From assembly GCA_010093995.1 (NCBI GenBank), contig ML992513.1, forward strand, positions 555,203 through 619,202: 64,000 nucleotides of DNA, in the 5' to 3' direction. Below are positions 11,782-25,724 of this stretch, piece after piece (position 1 is the first letter of the stretch; each line of letters begins with the position of its first letter). The DNA comes from Elsinoe ampelina. Taxonomy: Eukaryota. The translations under genes and the position numbers were made by a program. Under the pieces are notes generated by a model. It made no database searches. It worked only from the letters and a program-made list of their open reading frames with translations, and was not told where the DNA came from.

Positions 11782-14697
11782 CTACGCCACACCACCCACC
11801 ACCAAAGCAGCCAGTCCCTCCTCCTCGCTCCTCGCTTGAATCTTGACCGTCACACCGCTCTTCGCGCTGTACGCCATCCTGATCTGCGCCGCCACCTTGC
11901 CGCCCGCTACACTCTTACCGTACAGTCTGAGGGTATGCGTGCTTGGTGACAGAGCCAGCTCGCTGCCTTCGAGCGGCTGCATGCCGAGGTTTTTGACGAG
12001 CGCCTCGACTGCTTCGGTGATGCTCTTGGCGTTCGAGAGCTGGAGTGTCTCTTCACCAACGTGATCCTCATCGGTAGGGAGCGAGGAGTAGATGCCGTCG
12101 AAGCTTCCGGCAAAGGCAGGGAGGACGTAGTCGGCGCCGGTGAGCTCGAGGTCTTCGACTTCGTACTCGTCTTCATAGCCGCCTTCCTCAGGCTCGCCGG
12201 TCGAGGGATCGATCTCTTTGGATGTGAATTTGAGGGAGTTGGAGAAGCTGGCGGCGATGAAGCCTTCGGGTCGCCTGAACGCGACGTAGACTGTGCCGGG
12301 CTCATCGGTCTTGAGGAGTGGTGCAGGGATAAGGAACTCTTCTTCCAGCAGGGAGCCTTCGTCCTCATCGGCGGAAGCTGTGCAGACGATGGAAACATCT
12401 GCGAGGACTGTGTCGGGAAGAGTGTTCTTGATGTCGTATTGGATGACCACATGCTCCTTGAAAATGTGCTTGATGGCCGAGACGACGTACTCGGTCTCGC
12501 TCTCGGTGAGCTCGACAACGGGGCTGCTGCGGAGGACTCCACCGAAGGCTGAGATTTCTGGGATGGCTTGTAGTTGTTGAGCGTATTTTTGGGCTGCGGC
12601 CTGGGCTGATGCTGCCGCATCCGCGCCACCTGCACGGGTCGATGGCTTTGGACCGGTGCTCGGCGCCTTGAGTGTAGGCGTAGCTGATGTGAGCTTCTTA
12701 TTGCGGTCTTCTGCGAGAGATTGCTCTCTTGTGACTACTGGTACCGAAGAAAGATCGAAAGGCTTTGTGAATGCTGAAGCAGCATCTGCAGTGACGTACA
12801 TGACGAGTTGGTGCTCGAGAACTGGTAAAGAAAACATGGAATCTATGCGTGTTAGCATCTTTCATGTTTGGTTCGAGAAAGATAGGTTACCATTTTTGAT
12901 GAAGACGTTGGCCACTTCATCGTCCTCCTTCATTAGTCGTAAGTTCAATGCCGCACGATCGCGGACTTCATCATCTGTGTCGTCCAAGCATCTCGTGAGA
13001 AGTACTGTGACGCTACGCTTCACCTCAGGATCTTTCTGTCCTACACCAAATTTGGCAAGTGCAGTGACGGCCGCAGCGCGAACCAAGGCGTTCTCCAATA
13101 CCACACGGTTGTAGATGTACCGGATATACTTGGTCGGTTGCACTGTTTTGGGTCCTTCGGTTCCAAGAAGATGTAAGATCCTGACAGCTAACTTTGTAAA
13201 CTCACAGTCCTCGATGAACTCGCAGAGATGGGATAAGGCTTCCTCTTTGCTCTCCGGTACGAACTTGATGAGGTCGAAGATGCTTTCAACGACGCTACGC
13301 TTAAATTCGTAGCCACCTTCGTCTCTCAGGATACCACTGAGGAAAGCAAGCATACCCGCTTGTTTGCTGGGAAACTTCAGGCAGAGAGTGCGAATGGCCT
13401 CGACGATTGTGACCTTGAATTCGTCCGTGATCTCGGCCATGAAGCCGGAAATCTGCTTCATGAGTCTGTCAACACTGGATTCGTTGCCAGTCTTGAGAAG
13501 AGTGGTGATGGCAAATGTTGCTATCGACCGGTTGCTGTTGGAGATCAGGGATTCAATGTCAGGATTACATTGTCGGACAGCATCTGGCTTAAAGGAAGCG
13601 AAGCTGTGAAGAATCCGAATAGCAGCAAATTTTGTAACGGCGCGAGGCGAAGTGAGGAAGAGCTGCAAGACATGAACGGCCTGGTTGACCTCAGCATCAG
13701 AGACATCTGGAAGATCGCAGATCGCCTTTGCTGCTTCGATATTGACCATCTCGTTCTTGTCCCGCAGCCAGCCATCCAGAAGCTGGACCATGGGTTTCCG
13801 GAGTCCAGGATCCTCCTCGGCAAGCTTCGCAGCCATCCGCACCAACATGATACGCCCGGCGTGACTCTTCATGACACCTGCCGCGCTGTATTGTTGTACC
13901 ATCTTTACAAGTGCCATTCGATCGTGTGATCGCATTTGATAGAGCAGGCCGATTGCGTGATACTGTGTCATGAAGTTGGTGTTCGAGGCGGCCAGAGTTT
14001 GTCCAGATGAGCCACCAAAGCCTAATGAGAAACCTCCAGACGACTTCGATGATGACGCTGCCTCCTGTGTCTCGCTCTGCCATCTCCTAACAATGTCTCG
14101 TGCGATAGGGAGCAAGTGATAGGATGAAACCAGCGCGGCGGACGATACTGATGGTGTCTTGTCGACGATGGCGGTCTTGACGTTACGCTCGATAGCTTGT
14201 GCGGTGGTCCCCTATAGATCGTCAGCCCTGAGCTTGCGCCGCAAGTCGTATATCGTACATCGATGATCCTGCAGAGAGCACGAATGGCGTTCGCCCGATA
14301 GACTACATCACTTCCAATGGCCGTATCCTTCATGATACTGCTTGTGACCATGATTACGTCCTCTGCCTCTTTCGCCAGCTCCTTGATGACCAAATATACC
14401 ATCTGTCGTAGCGAGGCATCTTTGTTCTGGAATAATTTGGAAATGCCAAAGAAGAGAGTAGTCGCTTCATTCGTCGGAAACTTCTCGCCCGTGAAGAGTA
14501 AGAGAGCAATCTTTGTCAAGAGTATCCGGCATCTTCTTGGCGAGATCGGTGAAGTGTTGAATACTCGAGCTGTATTTCGAGGTCAGCTTCGTGTCCTTTG
14601 GCGCAACATGGTAACATTCGCTCATACTCTCTTGGAAGACCGAGGTGCGGTCAACCTTGAGCAAGGTGCCATCATCTTCGTCCTTTTTGTAGCTCAT
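11782..14697 (-). CDS. SEC21: Coatomer subunit gamma
   Basis: MSYKKDED, LFQNKDASLRQMVYL, NRSIATFAITTLLKTG, LCEFIEDCEF, YIRYIYNRVVLEN, GYEDEYEVEDLEL; several introns. Confidence 0.97.
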
Positions 14698-14994
14698 CGT
14701 GGCCACGCCCTTTGCGATTGGACCTGGTGTCGACGGCAATGGCTCAGATAGCAGACTGATACTAGGGACACCTGGAAGCTTGAGGCTGCCCTTAGGTGGT
14801 TAGGGGCGGCCAAACTTCGGCTTCACTTTCCGCGGCCAGTGACGCGTGCGGGGTGCACTTTATCTTCACGTGTGCAGCTATTTTTCTAGGCCGCAGGAAA
14901 CCAGGCATTGCTCGCGCAGATCTACTTGATCACTGCTTGCTGGCTTACAGAACACTCCTCATCAAGTGCATATACTGGTTCTGGAAACGTCAAG

Positions 14995-15791
14995 ATGGAT
15001 ATGCCTGTCAACGTCCCTGTGGACGACCCGAATGCCGATACGGAATGGTGAGATGGTAGAACAGTGTTTGAACAAGAGAGCAAAAATTGACATTGCATAG
15101 GAACGACATTCTTCGAAAGCATGGAATCATACCCGAGAAGCCCGAGGATCCCTCCGCCAAGATGGAGGAGGCACTCGTCGAAGCCCACAGACTCATTCAC
15201 GAGAACAGGTTAGAGGGGAAGGATCTGGACGAGCTAGACGAGCTAGAAGATGACGAGGACGAAGAATTCCTGGACAGCTACAGGAAGAAGCGGTTGGAGG
15301 AGCTTGCTACGCTGCAGTCGACATCAATCTTCAACCAAGTATACCCAGTACAGAAGCCGGAATACGCAAAGGAGGTAACGGAAGCGTCAAGCAAAGCACA
15401 TGTCTTCGTCCTGCTTACCTCTTCATCTGGTACGAACACCGAGTCACAACTCATGATCGAGATCTGGAGAGAGCTTGCGGCCAAGTTCGGGGATGTCAAA
15501 TTCTGCCAAATGCAGGCCAATCTATGCATCGAGGGCTATCCCGATCGGAATACTCCTACTGTGCTTGTCTATAGGGACGGAGACATTAAGCGTCAAATCA
15601 TCACTTTAAAGGAACTGAATGGCGATCGAACCAAAGCGACGGACCTGGAAGCTGTTCTGATCACGACTGGTGCTATCAAGATTGGCGACAGCAGGCTGAC
15701 CAGGCGTCCTGTCGACGATGATTTTGCTCGGAGTAGCATGCGCAACGGCACGAAGAAAGCTGGTGATGAAAGCGACGATGACTGGGATTGA
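14995..15791 (+). CDS. PLP2: Phosducin-like protein (Plp2/PDCL3 type)
   Basis: DPNADTEW / intron / NDILRKHGIIPEK, LDELEDDEDEEFL..YRKKRL, CIEGYPDRNTPT. Confidence 0.9.
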
Positions 15792-16943
15792 GTGCCTCAA
15801 GGGCGACTAGCTAGTCTATGGACTAATTTGCGACCCGGAACTTTCGGATCTGCCGAAGACAGCACGGCATTCGGCGATCATCCTGTACAGCTTCCCTGGT
15901 CAATTCTTGCGAAGAAGTAAGACTTTCACTCGGGGCTCTACTCGGGCTTCAGCGTCACCCTGGTAACTCGCAGTCCCTGGGGTTCTGAGATGGACGCGCT
16001 CTGCCTGCACTCTGGTACACAGTCACAGGCATCTCGTGGTGGGACCTCTGCAGCAGCCTATGAGTCGACTATGACTTTCATGTTCGTTTCAAAATGCTAC
16101 TGAAAACGGACCTGGCGCAATGTCTCGTGACACAAAAGCTATGCCAACGCTGTGCCAGGAATGGCCTCGAGCGCACGTTTGGTCATTCAATCAGCAGAAA
16201 CATGTTCTTCGGTAGCACTGCAATATCGGAGCGTGGAGTGGGCAGAAGTTCCGATGCGGCTTACTTTCGGGATCATTCCGCGACGCCTTGGGATCGACCT
16301 AAACGCACCCATGCCAGGGATGTTTTCCATATCGACAGGATCAGCGAAGGGATTCGTTCGGACCATTGCTCGATGACTTCTTTCGGCTTCAGACTCCCAG
16401 TGTTCCCCTTCTTCATGGAAAAGGGAGGAAATCCGGTTCGACCAATGACACCTTATCGCTGCCGATCAATGCCCCGCAGTAGTTCATCTACCAAGCTCGG
16501 ACGATCACATCTGGCTCGGCAGCATCAGGTTTAGTTTCCTGGAGAGCTTTTGCAGCGACCGGCCATAAGCGGCCGTGACGAGAGCGCAATGCAATGAATC
16601 CGACCCACCTTATGCATGTTCCGACGTTGTCTCTGACAGGCCGGCTTTCCGCAAGCTTCAATCCTTTAGTACACGGTGATGTGGGTCTGCGCCCTCCCAT
16701 GGAGGTTATTTAGCTTGCCTGTGGCGCTCGCAGCGCTCAGCTCCAATAGCTGGCCTTAGTTGGTCACCGCAATTATCTTTGTCAATAATCTACTTCTACT
16801 TCCAGGCCATCTGTAGTTCAGACACCGTTCGACCCTCAACAATCAAGCCCTCACCTCGTAGTCAGCTTCTCTTGACAGACATCACATATTGCCGACACCC
16901 CACTGCTTCTGCCATTTCCTACCTGTACTGCCACACTCCGGCC

Positions 16944-17924
16944 ATGAAGATGGAGATGATCGATCACGGACTCGATAGTTATATCGACGGCGGTGATTGT
17001 ATCGCCGACCCTGCATTCAACAGCAGCCTATATGTCAGTAGTGGTGCTTTCATAACGCCTCCGGAGAGCATGTCCCCAGTAAGGCATGTGTCACACAGCT
17101 CATGAGTATTCCTGACAAGTTGTGCAGTCTTCAAGCCACTATTCACAGCATGTCTTCCACAATGCTCTTTCACGTCAGGCCTTCCCAGAGACAGCTGTGG
17201 TATATGATGGCGCAGAGTTCCTCAACTTCGATGACCCCATTCTGGCCAATGCAGAGGCCGCTTCTTCCGCTCGAGCAGACAGTGCGATCTCCATGTCTCC
17301 ACCAGACCTTTCCGTGCCTCGGACCAAACAAGGAAAGCCTCAGAGCAGCGAACAAACTCCTGCACAGACACGACGAAAGGCCCAGAATCGAGCAGCGTAG
17401 GTTTAATCTTGCAAGCTGTAGTTCTTGGCTGATCCAACAGTCAACGCGCCTTCCGCGAGCGTAAGGAGCGCCGAGTTAAGGATTTGGAGGAGCAGCTTTC
17501 GATCATCCAAACCAAGACTACCACACTCCAAAAAGAGAATGAGCGTCTTCGAGTCCTTTTACAGAGGTCGCAAACGGAGAATGAGGTGCTCCGAGCCACA
17601 GCGGTGCGCCAGCAGAGCGCCAGTAGAGCAGGCAGAGACGATGGGTACTCGCAGTCCATTGCATCGGACGGCTCGCTTGACGACCTCAGCATCGCGACAC
17701 CGCCCAGCGGAGCTATGCCGAGATTACTCCGTCCAAGTGCAGCTTGGGATCTCGTGCATTCACACCCTTTATGCATGGACGGCACGGTCGATATAGGCCT
17801 GATATGTGAGCGGCTCAAGCAGCTAACGCGGTGCGACCCTAACACGGGACCCGCATTCGACGAGCAGGAGGTCAGGCAGGTTATCGAAGACGTGGCACGC
17901 TTCAGCGAAGAGTTGCAAAACTGA
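16944..17924 (+). CDS. Yap-family bZIP transcription factor (Fcr3/Yap3-like)
   Basis: RRKAQNRAA / intron / QRAFRERKE basic region, leucine zipper, and C-terminal AWDL..HPL...DIGLICERLK..RCD..GP domain. Confidence 0.88.
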
Positions 17925-18725
17925 CAGGCCGCCCTCGTTGGAATCCGAGGCAATTGCTTTCAGACTAGCTCAATGTAGGAACCGAGATGAGGCTAGAATA
18001 CTGGGAACCCTGGTAGGTAGCTTGGGTCGAGCTAGCGGTTTGTCTGGGGGCCTTGAATCCTTCCCGCTCCAAGGGTGCACGACAGGACACGCTGCATACC
18101 AGGGAGTCTGATGAGGGGTCCGAAAGCACGCGAGACGGCAAGTCCGCATAGATAACTTACCTTAGAGCTCCGCAAGCGATAAGGCAACCAAGGTGGTGCC
18201 GGGCCTTTGACCCGCAGTCCGAGTCGCGTGAGGAAGTGGTACAATCAGCATTCCCCGTTTGTCGTATACAGGAAACGAGAGAACCGCATCCAATAAACTT
18301 TGCACCAATCGCTCACCTCCGACCCTCTCCCAACATAGCTGCAGCCCACGTGTCTCCAGTGAAAGCTCTGTCTCGAGCGGGGCACTCGAGGGGAAATGAA
18401 CTTAGAAATGCATTATCTAACATGCGCTAGTAGAGACCCTGCATTAGCGTCGTCACATCATCTGCAAAGTCAGCACACCAAACGTGGGGGTGAGGCATTT
18501 AGGTAAGCTGGAATAGCCGACTATTCTGTCTGGAGATCGGGGTCATTATTGCTCACGAGCGGTTGCTTATCTCCACTTCCTGAACCAGAAAAGAGGACAT
18601 GATTGGCTAGAGCAGATGAGGAGCTGGTCAATGGAAGTTTGCCAAATTGATTCCTAAGCTTATGCAACAGCACAGTACCACTGCATCAATTCCTCGGACA
18701 TCCCATTTCGACGAGAGCCGGAAGT

Positions 18726-19960
18726 TTATCCCTCTCTGTCCCTGGCTACCACCAATTCCCGCAAACCCATCAGGCCCAACCATACCGCCTCCTCTGTCCT
18801 GATCGTCCTACTGCCTTGCCCCGGCACCAAATTGACCCAATGATCAAACACCTCACTGACATCTCCCACCTTCCGCCGCAACTCCTCATCCCCTTCCAAA
18901 GCCTTTTCCAACCCCGCCACTCCTCCAAACACCACAAGCAAGTGCCTCCACCCTCTCGGCACCCCTCCCTCCTCCCCCTCTCTACTCCTCTCCAGCAACC
19001 CCACAATATCCTCCCCCCTCTCGCTCGTCCCAACACTAACATCATACCCCCCCTCCACCTCCGCCCCCGTCCAAACCTCACTCAAACTCCCCGCCACCCG
19101 CACCTGATACCCCCAATAATACCCCCCCTCCTCCCTCGGCGCCTCCGGCCGCACCGCCTCAGCCCTCACCTCCTCCCCCTTCCCCAGCTGCCTCGTCTCC
19201 AACCACGCCGGCAATTTGACCGTCACCCTCGTCCCAGCCTCCACTTCATCCTCAATCGTGACCCTACACTGCAGCCCACAATCCACCTTCGTGCCCCCCT
19301 TGCCTCCCATGTTGGACGAAGGCAACGTCACCCCCTCGCGGTAAGGGCACCACTCCCCCGCCTTGAGATGCGAGGGCAGATCCAGACTCGGCAACGCCCC
19401 CGCGGTGCGTAGATCGGGGTGCATAGGAAACAAGGCCCGGCGGAGGTAAGGTGGCGTCTCAAGGTAGGAGAGGAGGTGGTGCATGAAGTCCGTCGGGGAG
19501 GAGAAGCCGGTGTAGCCGCTTTCGGCGTCGGAGGCGGCGTAGGAGGGGTCGCGTGGGGGGAGGGGCGTGGCGTCGGAGAAGAGGATGATTTCGTCGACGG
19601 AGAAGACGGCGAGGGAGCGGGCGATGTGTCCGATGAGGGAGGTTTTGAGGTCGTGGGTTTGGCAGCTTGAGGGGGTTAGTCGTGGGTTATAGATGTGGAC
19701 GGTGGTGGTCGGGAGGGAGGAAGTAGGGGGTGAAGAGAGGACGGGGGAACTTGCTTTGCTACGATGCTTGACGGGAGCGCGATGCTGAGGGTGTGTGATC
19801 TGCCTTTGCCTGGCTTGAAGACGGCCGTGGGCTTGGAGGTGTCTGTGTACCCATTTTGCTCGGACTGGGCTCGCGCCTCAAGTTTTCGCTTCTAGTTTTA
19901 CAGGTTAGTTTATCGGTCATGATTATTTATAACATTGTCTTACTTTGCTTCCGGCACCAT
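18726..19960 (-). CDS. SPOUT-family RNA methyltransferase (SPOUT1/C9orf114-like)
   Basis: LSIALPSS, IARSLAVFSVDEIILF, YLETPPYLRR, GYYWGYQVR, GTSERG, QGSRTIRTEEA; two short 5' exons. Confidence 0.9.
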
Positions 19961-20181
19961 GAGGCATGCTTTATGTGCTGATGCAATTTTGTGGATGACA
20001 TGTTTGCGGTAACTTTTGCGGCGAAATTTGAGGTGCAGAATTTCACATCAAAAACAACCTGGGATCAGGGGCACGCCACACAACAAATTTCTCGTGATAG
20101 AAGTTTCATTCAAACATGCGATATACTTCCAGATTTGCAAGGTGCGCTGTAGCATGGATGTGTGACAAATTGTCGACTCCT

Positions 20182-21213
20182 TCAGCACACATCCTCCACC
20201 TCCAAGTCGCCACCCGACCTTGGGCCCAGATCAGACCTCAAGGTTCGGTTGAAGACTTCCAGTAGCATCTCAAAGCATATCTTGGTAACGCCCGGGTCAT
20301 ATCGGCCTTTGCTAAGCTCATCTCGGATGAATGCATCTGTCTATCATCAGCAATCTCTACTTCAGAATCTCTGGACAACATACGCTGCGCCCATGCGACT
20401 TCGTAGAAGCTAAAGGCAACACCAGCGTCGTGCAAGGTCTTTCGTATCAGGTCGCGTCCCTCGGGCGGCACGTGGTTGTCCTTCTTGCCAAAGATCTTGA
20501 ACGGTTAGCTATGATCTCGGCTTTGTTGACATCATTGACTCTACCATGACCAGCTCTCCCTTGATGTCTTTGGCTCGCTGGAGAGAATCATCTTGCTTGC
20601 CTTTGCCGAGCGTATGGGAGTGGATATCAGTAGCAAAGTAGCAGACGGCAGCGCTGATCCTCTTGTCCAAAGCACAGCGGTACGCCAAATGTCCACCCAG
20701 ACACATGCCTGTGGCCCCGACTCGACCATTGCATGTATCAAGCGAGAGCAGAAGAGAAGTTGACAGCTCAGCGTCTTCGTCATAAGCCGACACTTCCTTG
20801 GCGATCTTCCATTCATTCCCCTTGTCGGTACCAGGCCCGTCATACGCGAGTGCTTCCGGACCAGTGAACTCGTGATAGGATGATGGAGCTGCTACTATGT
20901 AGCCTTGGCCGGCAATCTGCCGCGCAAACCTCGCCACCGGGCCGGTCACTGCTAGAATTGAGTATCGAGTGAATTGCGTCCCGCCAGTTCAATGCATGTT
21001 GTACAGACGAGATCAGTCGGCTTACCTTGATAGATTTCTGAAAAGACCACCACACCTGGAAATTTTGCTTTGGGATAATTCGGGACCGTGGGATGGAACA
21101 AAAAGACACCTACATTTCAATCAGTCTTGTGACTGATGGTGGGAGAACGACAGCCTACGCATATCCCCACCAGCCTTGGTCGGCACATCTTTGTGGGATT
21201 CCTCAATAAGCAT
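20182..21213 (-). CDS. Dienelactone hydrolase family protein
   Basis: MLIEESHKDV, FSEIYQVTGPVARFARQIAGQGY, GMCLGGH nucleophile elbow, DNHVPPEGR, AQHAFIRDE. Confidence 0.9.
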
Positions 21214-21584
21214 GGTGAGATTGCGACGACAGAATAATCAAGGTCTCAGTTCATCTCTGCAAGCCGAGCTTGGTCGGTGGTGATAGGACGCCTTCCGCTT
21301 TGGGACATGTTTGCACCCTTTGTACTTTGATCGGAAAGCCCCGCCGTGGTTTGATCGCGTTTGTCCATCACAAGTGACTCCCTCTCTTCTTCCAGACCAC
21401 CCACACTGGGCTCGGTCGCTGATCTCAGCGATCATTTGTTCAACCTCACTCTTTACCGATATATATATCTTTTGCCGTCACTCGGCCGACAGTTTCGGCG
21501 CAACTGCTTGACTGCAGCCCAAAGCCGACCGACCCTCGAATTGACATCATCTCGCCTCATCACCGGGAGACCTCCTGCTCGACC

Positions 21585-23921
21585 ATGTCTTCGAACGCGC
21601 CATCGACTCTGAACAGTAAATCAAACTCCCTTGCAAAGTCAGGCAACACCTCGAACGTATCTACCCCGACTCATTCTGCCACGAACGCGTACTTTGCTAC
21701 TCAGGGTCTCGGTCAACAGCGTAGTGGCGGGTCAGGAAGCTTCGGCGCGGGAGCCGCTACAAAGAGCTCAAGCACTCCTAGGAATACTCAGGGTGTCAAG
21801 AGCAAGCACAAACAGTCGAGACGCTTCCGGCTAGCGGATGAGGATGCTTTTGCTGAGTCCGTGAGTGTTATCAGATGTGGTCGAGCGGGGTTTCAAGTAC
21901 TGATTGATGTCCAAGGCCGCCATGCACAACGCCAGTAGCCGCAAGGGTCAGACTTCGATCACTCACTTGATGAACTTCTCCCTACCACCTCGTCCTCAGC
22001 AGCAACCTCAGCACAGATTCAACAACAGTCGCGGTACCAGGAGAAACCCGACGTGGGGTCTCGGGTCTGGGTACCATGCGGTAGACAAAGCAAGGTAAGC
22101 CGGTCGAAAGATGGAGACGAGATCGTGATAGTGACAGACACCAGATACGTTCATGCCAATTATCGCTTTGTCGTCGATCCACGAGGCGACTACAAAGTCC
22201 AGGCTATCGACGCTGACATCCACCTCGACTGGACCAAGATCCTCCAAATTCTGGTCTCTTCCCAATCGCAGCAAGCGTCGTGTCCGATATGCTTAGGTAC
22301 TCCTACCGCTCCTCGAATGGCAAAGTGTGGCCACATCTTCTGTCTACCATGCTTGATTCGATACATGCATTCCGAGGACGAGTCCCAGCGACCTGGTGAA
22401 AAGCGGGCTCGATGGAAAAAGTGTCCGATTTGTCACGATGCTGTCTACACCACCGAGACTCGGCCTGTCAGGATGTATCAAGGTCAGGAGGGGGAAACAC
22501 CTCGTGAGAACATGGATGTTGTTCTACGGCTTGTGCGCAGGAAAGCTGGCAGCACGTTGGCAGTTCCGCGCGAGAGCCCTGACCCAATCGCAAAAGGCGA
22601 CGACATTCCATGGTACTTCGCTGCTGAGGTTATGGACTATGCTAGGATTATGAAGGGCAGTGAGGACTACATGCTAGACCAATTCGACTTGGACATTGCT
22701 GCAATCAAGATGCTGGAGCAAGAGGATGAGCTGATGTTCGGCGAAGACACAGAATGGACAAGCCGGGCCATCAGGATACTCAATGAGGCCAAGGAGAAGA
22801 TCAAGGGCATCGGAAATCCACCAGAGATGCCCAAGAAGCCCGAAACGCCCAAGCTGCAGAAGCCGCCCATTGAGTTCAACACGGACCAATCGAATGTACC
22901 TGATATGTACAGCATGCAACAAGCTTCGAGGTCAGCTCAAACGATGACTGCTGCCACTACGCCATCCACACACCCTGTCACTCCTGGAGAGAACGTTCAA
23001 GCCCCACCAGCATCTTCCGCTGTCGAGAGTCTGCTCTCTACACGTTTGTCCGATTTCCGAGCTCGGCAGTTCGCCGAACGTACACCCGACCAATATCTCT
23101 TCTACCAAGCCCTGCTTCATTACTACTTGTCACCGCTCGACATCCGAATCCTTAAAGACGCCTTCGGCACCTACGAGACCTTCCCATCTTCCATCCTGCC
23201 ACGGATCGAGCGGGTTTCGAATGGCCATATAGTCGACGACGACCTCCGGAAACGGGTCAAATACCTTTCACATCTTCCTTATGGATGCGAAGTCGGGTTT
23301 CTCGAGTGCGATTGGACTGATACCGTTCCGCCGGCCGTGCTCGAAAAATACAAACCTGAGCTTGAACGTCGCAAGAAGCGGTATTCTGACAAGGAGGCTC
23401 GTGAAGAGAAGGAGCGGATACGTGCTGAGCGGGCAGGAGACCGAGAGTTCGCTGCCGCGCGACGACGCCGCATCCACAGCGAGACGGAGAAGTTCCAGGA
23501 AGGTGACTTCCAACCTCTAATCGGCAGCGCGGCATCGCAAAGCAATGTCAGCGCCAATTTAGATGCCGCAACTGTCGATGGAAGTGATGCTTCACCACCT
23601 TGGTCGTCACGGCCAAACGGTGCAGGCTTCTCTTCGCTAGCATCACCTGGGACAAGTCCGAACACTTCGAGGACAGTCTGGGGCACAAGTGCTGTCCCGC
23701 TCAGCAGTCCAGACCTGAGAGCCATTGAGCAGGCACGCGTTGAACCAATGGACGACGGCTGGCTTCAAGATTGGGAGAAAGACCTGATGAAAGAAGAGGA
23801 GGAGCTGGTCGCCAGGACACAAGCACACAGTCTGGAGGGAAGCAAGCCAGAAGGTGGTAAGGGCAAGAAGAAGGGAAAGAAGATCACTCTGATGAGCACC
23901 ACTGCAAGGCGGGGAGCATGA
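21585..23921 (+). CDS. MAG2: RING-finger E3 ligase, Mag2/RNF10 family
   Basis: SITHLMNF, YVHANYRF, CPICL..P.APRMAKCGHIFCLPC, WKKCPIC, RVKYLSHLP; two 5' introns. Confidence 0.88.
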
Positions 23922-24435
23922 TACGACCATGAAGCATTGAATGATAACAATTTTACCATGTAGATAGGACGGTACATTTCTAGAATCGCTGACCTGCAGC
24001 TTGAATCAACATACATCGAACAAGTAGGTTTGGCTGATCGCTTTCTTGATATTTCACACTTTCCCCTCTCTCTTGCGCAGCGCCATAAAGATTGGTTGAC
24101 ACCGCACGTGGGAGTCTTTCCTCTTCTGTCTGTTTTCGTCTCATTTTCTCAGGCCCGGTTACATCAAGACAGTCGCACCTTCCATTGGGTGCTCCGCGTA
24201 AGAATCCCATTAAGTATGCATCCAGGACCACGACGAGCCTGACGTGGGACCCCGCTCGTCTCGCTCCAGCACGCTATGGCATTCCAAACATACAAGCAAT
24301 CGATCATTCATCAGCACCCCTAAAACCAAATGCCACGGCAGTCACGCAGCAACGAGCCGACGGGTATCGCTCAACCACGGCTGACTTTACGGCTCCAGCC
24401 TCAAACCACCTTCTCAGCCACCGCTCACCGCAATA

Positions 24436-25548
24436 ATGCCTGTCGAAGCGCCCCTCCTTGCAGCGCAATGGTCCATCGGTGTCGCCGTCATCTCGTTCAT
24501 CCACCTGGTTCGCACTTTACGGCGAGAATATCACGACTACCGGGACTACCGCCGCCTGCGAGATGGCAGACATGTCCACAATGACCGCATGAAGGAGCGA
24601 ATGCGTAAAGCGAGCGGGTTGATGAAACACGCCTGCAAGATGGGAGAGAATAAGTTGGCGCTTACAAGACTGGTGCCCGGGAGGGACAACGAGGTGTTCT
24701 TTCTCGACGAGAATGGGAAGCCAGGCGGGAAGGTGAGTTGGAGGGGGATGAGGAGGGGGCATGGACGGATGCTGAGAGCGGTGAAGGGGGTCGGAATACA
24801 GCGGCGGAGGAGGAGGGGGAGGAGGACGAGGGAGGCAGGGATTGGAGTTGGGGCGCAAGACGATCCGGATGCGGCGATGGGCTCGTGGGCTGTCGGAAAC
24901 GGGGAGAAGTACGAGGAAATGGAACAAGAGGCGGACGAAGCGTGGGCGGCAGAGGAGAAAGCGATAAGAGAGGCGCCTTGGAGGAAAATGATACGGGAGG
25001 TCGTCACTGATGTCCTCCGTCACGAACTCCAACACAATCGAATCCACCGCGTTCCAGTGAGACTGGACTCGAACAGAACCGACTTACGCAGATCAGACTC
25101 ACACAGCCCCGGTTCAACTGGTCCCGGCGCAGTCAGTGACAACGAAACCAGACCCGACGCAAACAGTACCAAAGTGACCACCCCCGATGCAGTCCGCCCT
25201 GACACAATCACCGAAGCAATCCCCCCCGATACAATCAGCTCCACCCGCTCTCATTCTTCATTGACATCACGAACCTCCACCATCAGCATCGACGCCCGAG
25301 ACTACATCCGAGACGAGCTCCGATGTGTGATCAAAGAAGAACTCCGCCGCAATCGCAAGTCTTACAGACTCAAGATCTGGATCGTCGCATGCACCGACCT
25401 CATCTTGGACTTTGGTCATCGGGACGAAAACGGCCACTACCTTGGGTTTTGGGGCCGGCGTAGGCATGGAATTGCTGATGGTGGTGGGAGTATGGTCGTC
25501 TGTGCAGGCGCGCTGGCGGCTGGAGCGCCAGTGGGTGGGAGGAAGTGA
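24436..25548 (+). CDS. Hypothetical protein
   Basis: Intronless 370-aa ORF with an N-terminal hydrophobic segment; no family recognised. Confidence 0.5.
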   Translation: MPVEAPLLAAQWSIGVAVISFIHLVRTLRREYHDYRDYRRLRDGRHVHNDRMKERMRKASGLMKHACKMGENKLALTRLVPGRDNEVFFLDENGKPGGKVSWRGMRRGHGRMLRAVKGVGIQRRRRRGRRTREAGIGVGAQDDPDAAMGSWAVGNGEKYEEMEQEADEAWAAEEKAIREAPWRKMIREVVTDVLRHELQHNRIHRVPVRLDSNRTDLRRSDSHSPGSTGPGAVSDNETRPDANSTKVTTPDAVRPDTITEAIPPDTISSTRSHSSLTSRTSTISIDARDYIRDELRCVIKEELRRNRKSYRLKIWIVACTDLILDFGHRDENGHYLGFWGRRRHGIADGGGSMVVCAGALAAGAPVGGRK

Positions 25549-25724
25549 CGTTGACGTTGGCAATGTGGAAGGGCAAAGGGGGCTGCTGGTGTTTGGCGTC
25601 AGGCGTCTGGCGTATCCAGCTTTCGGAGAAAAAGTCATTCCTAATCGAATTTCGTCCTGGGTCATTACATGTTCTCTCCATTATGCGGTAATCGTGCTCG
25701 TATAGGTATTTTCATTGTGATCGA

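Noticed and set aside
15800..16940. Regulatory uORFs upstream of the bZIP gene
   Set aside because: Only scattered short ORFs with no Gcn4-like pattern, and the transcription start is unknown.
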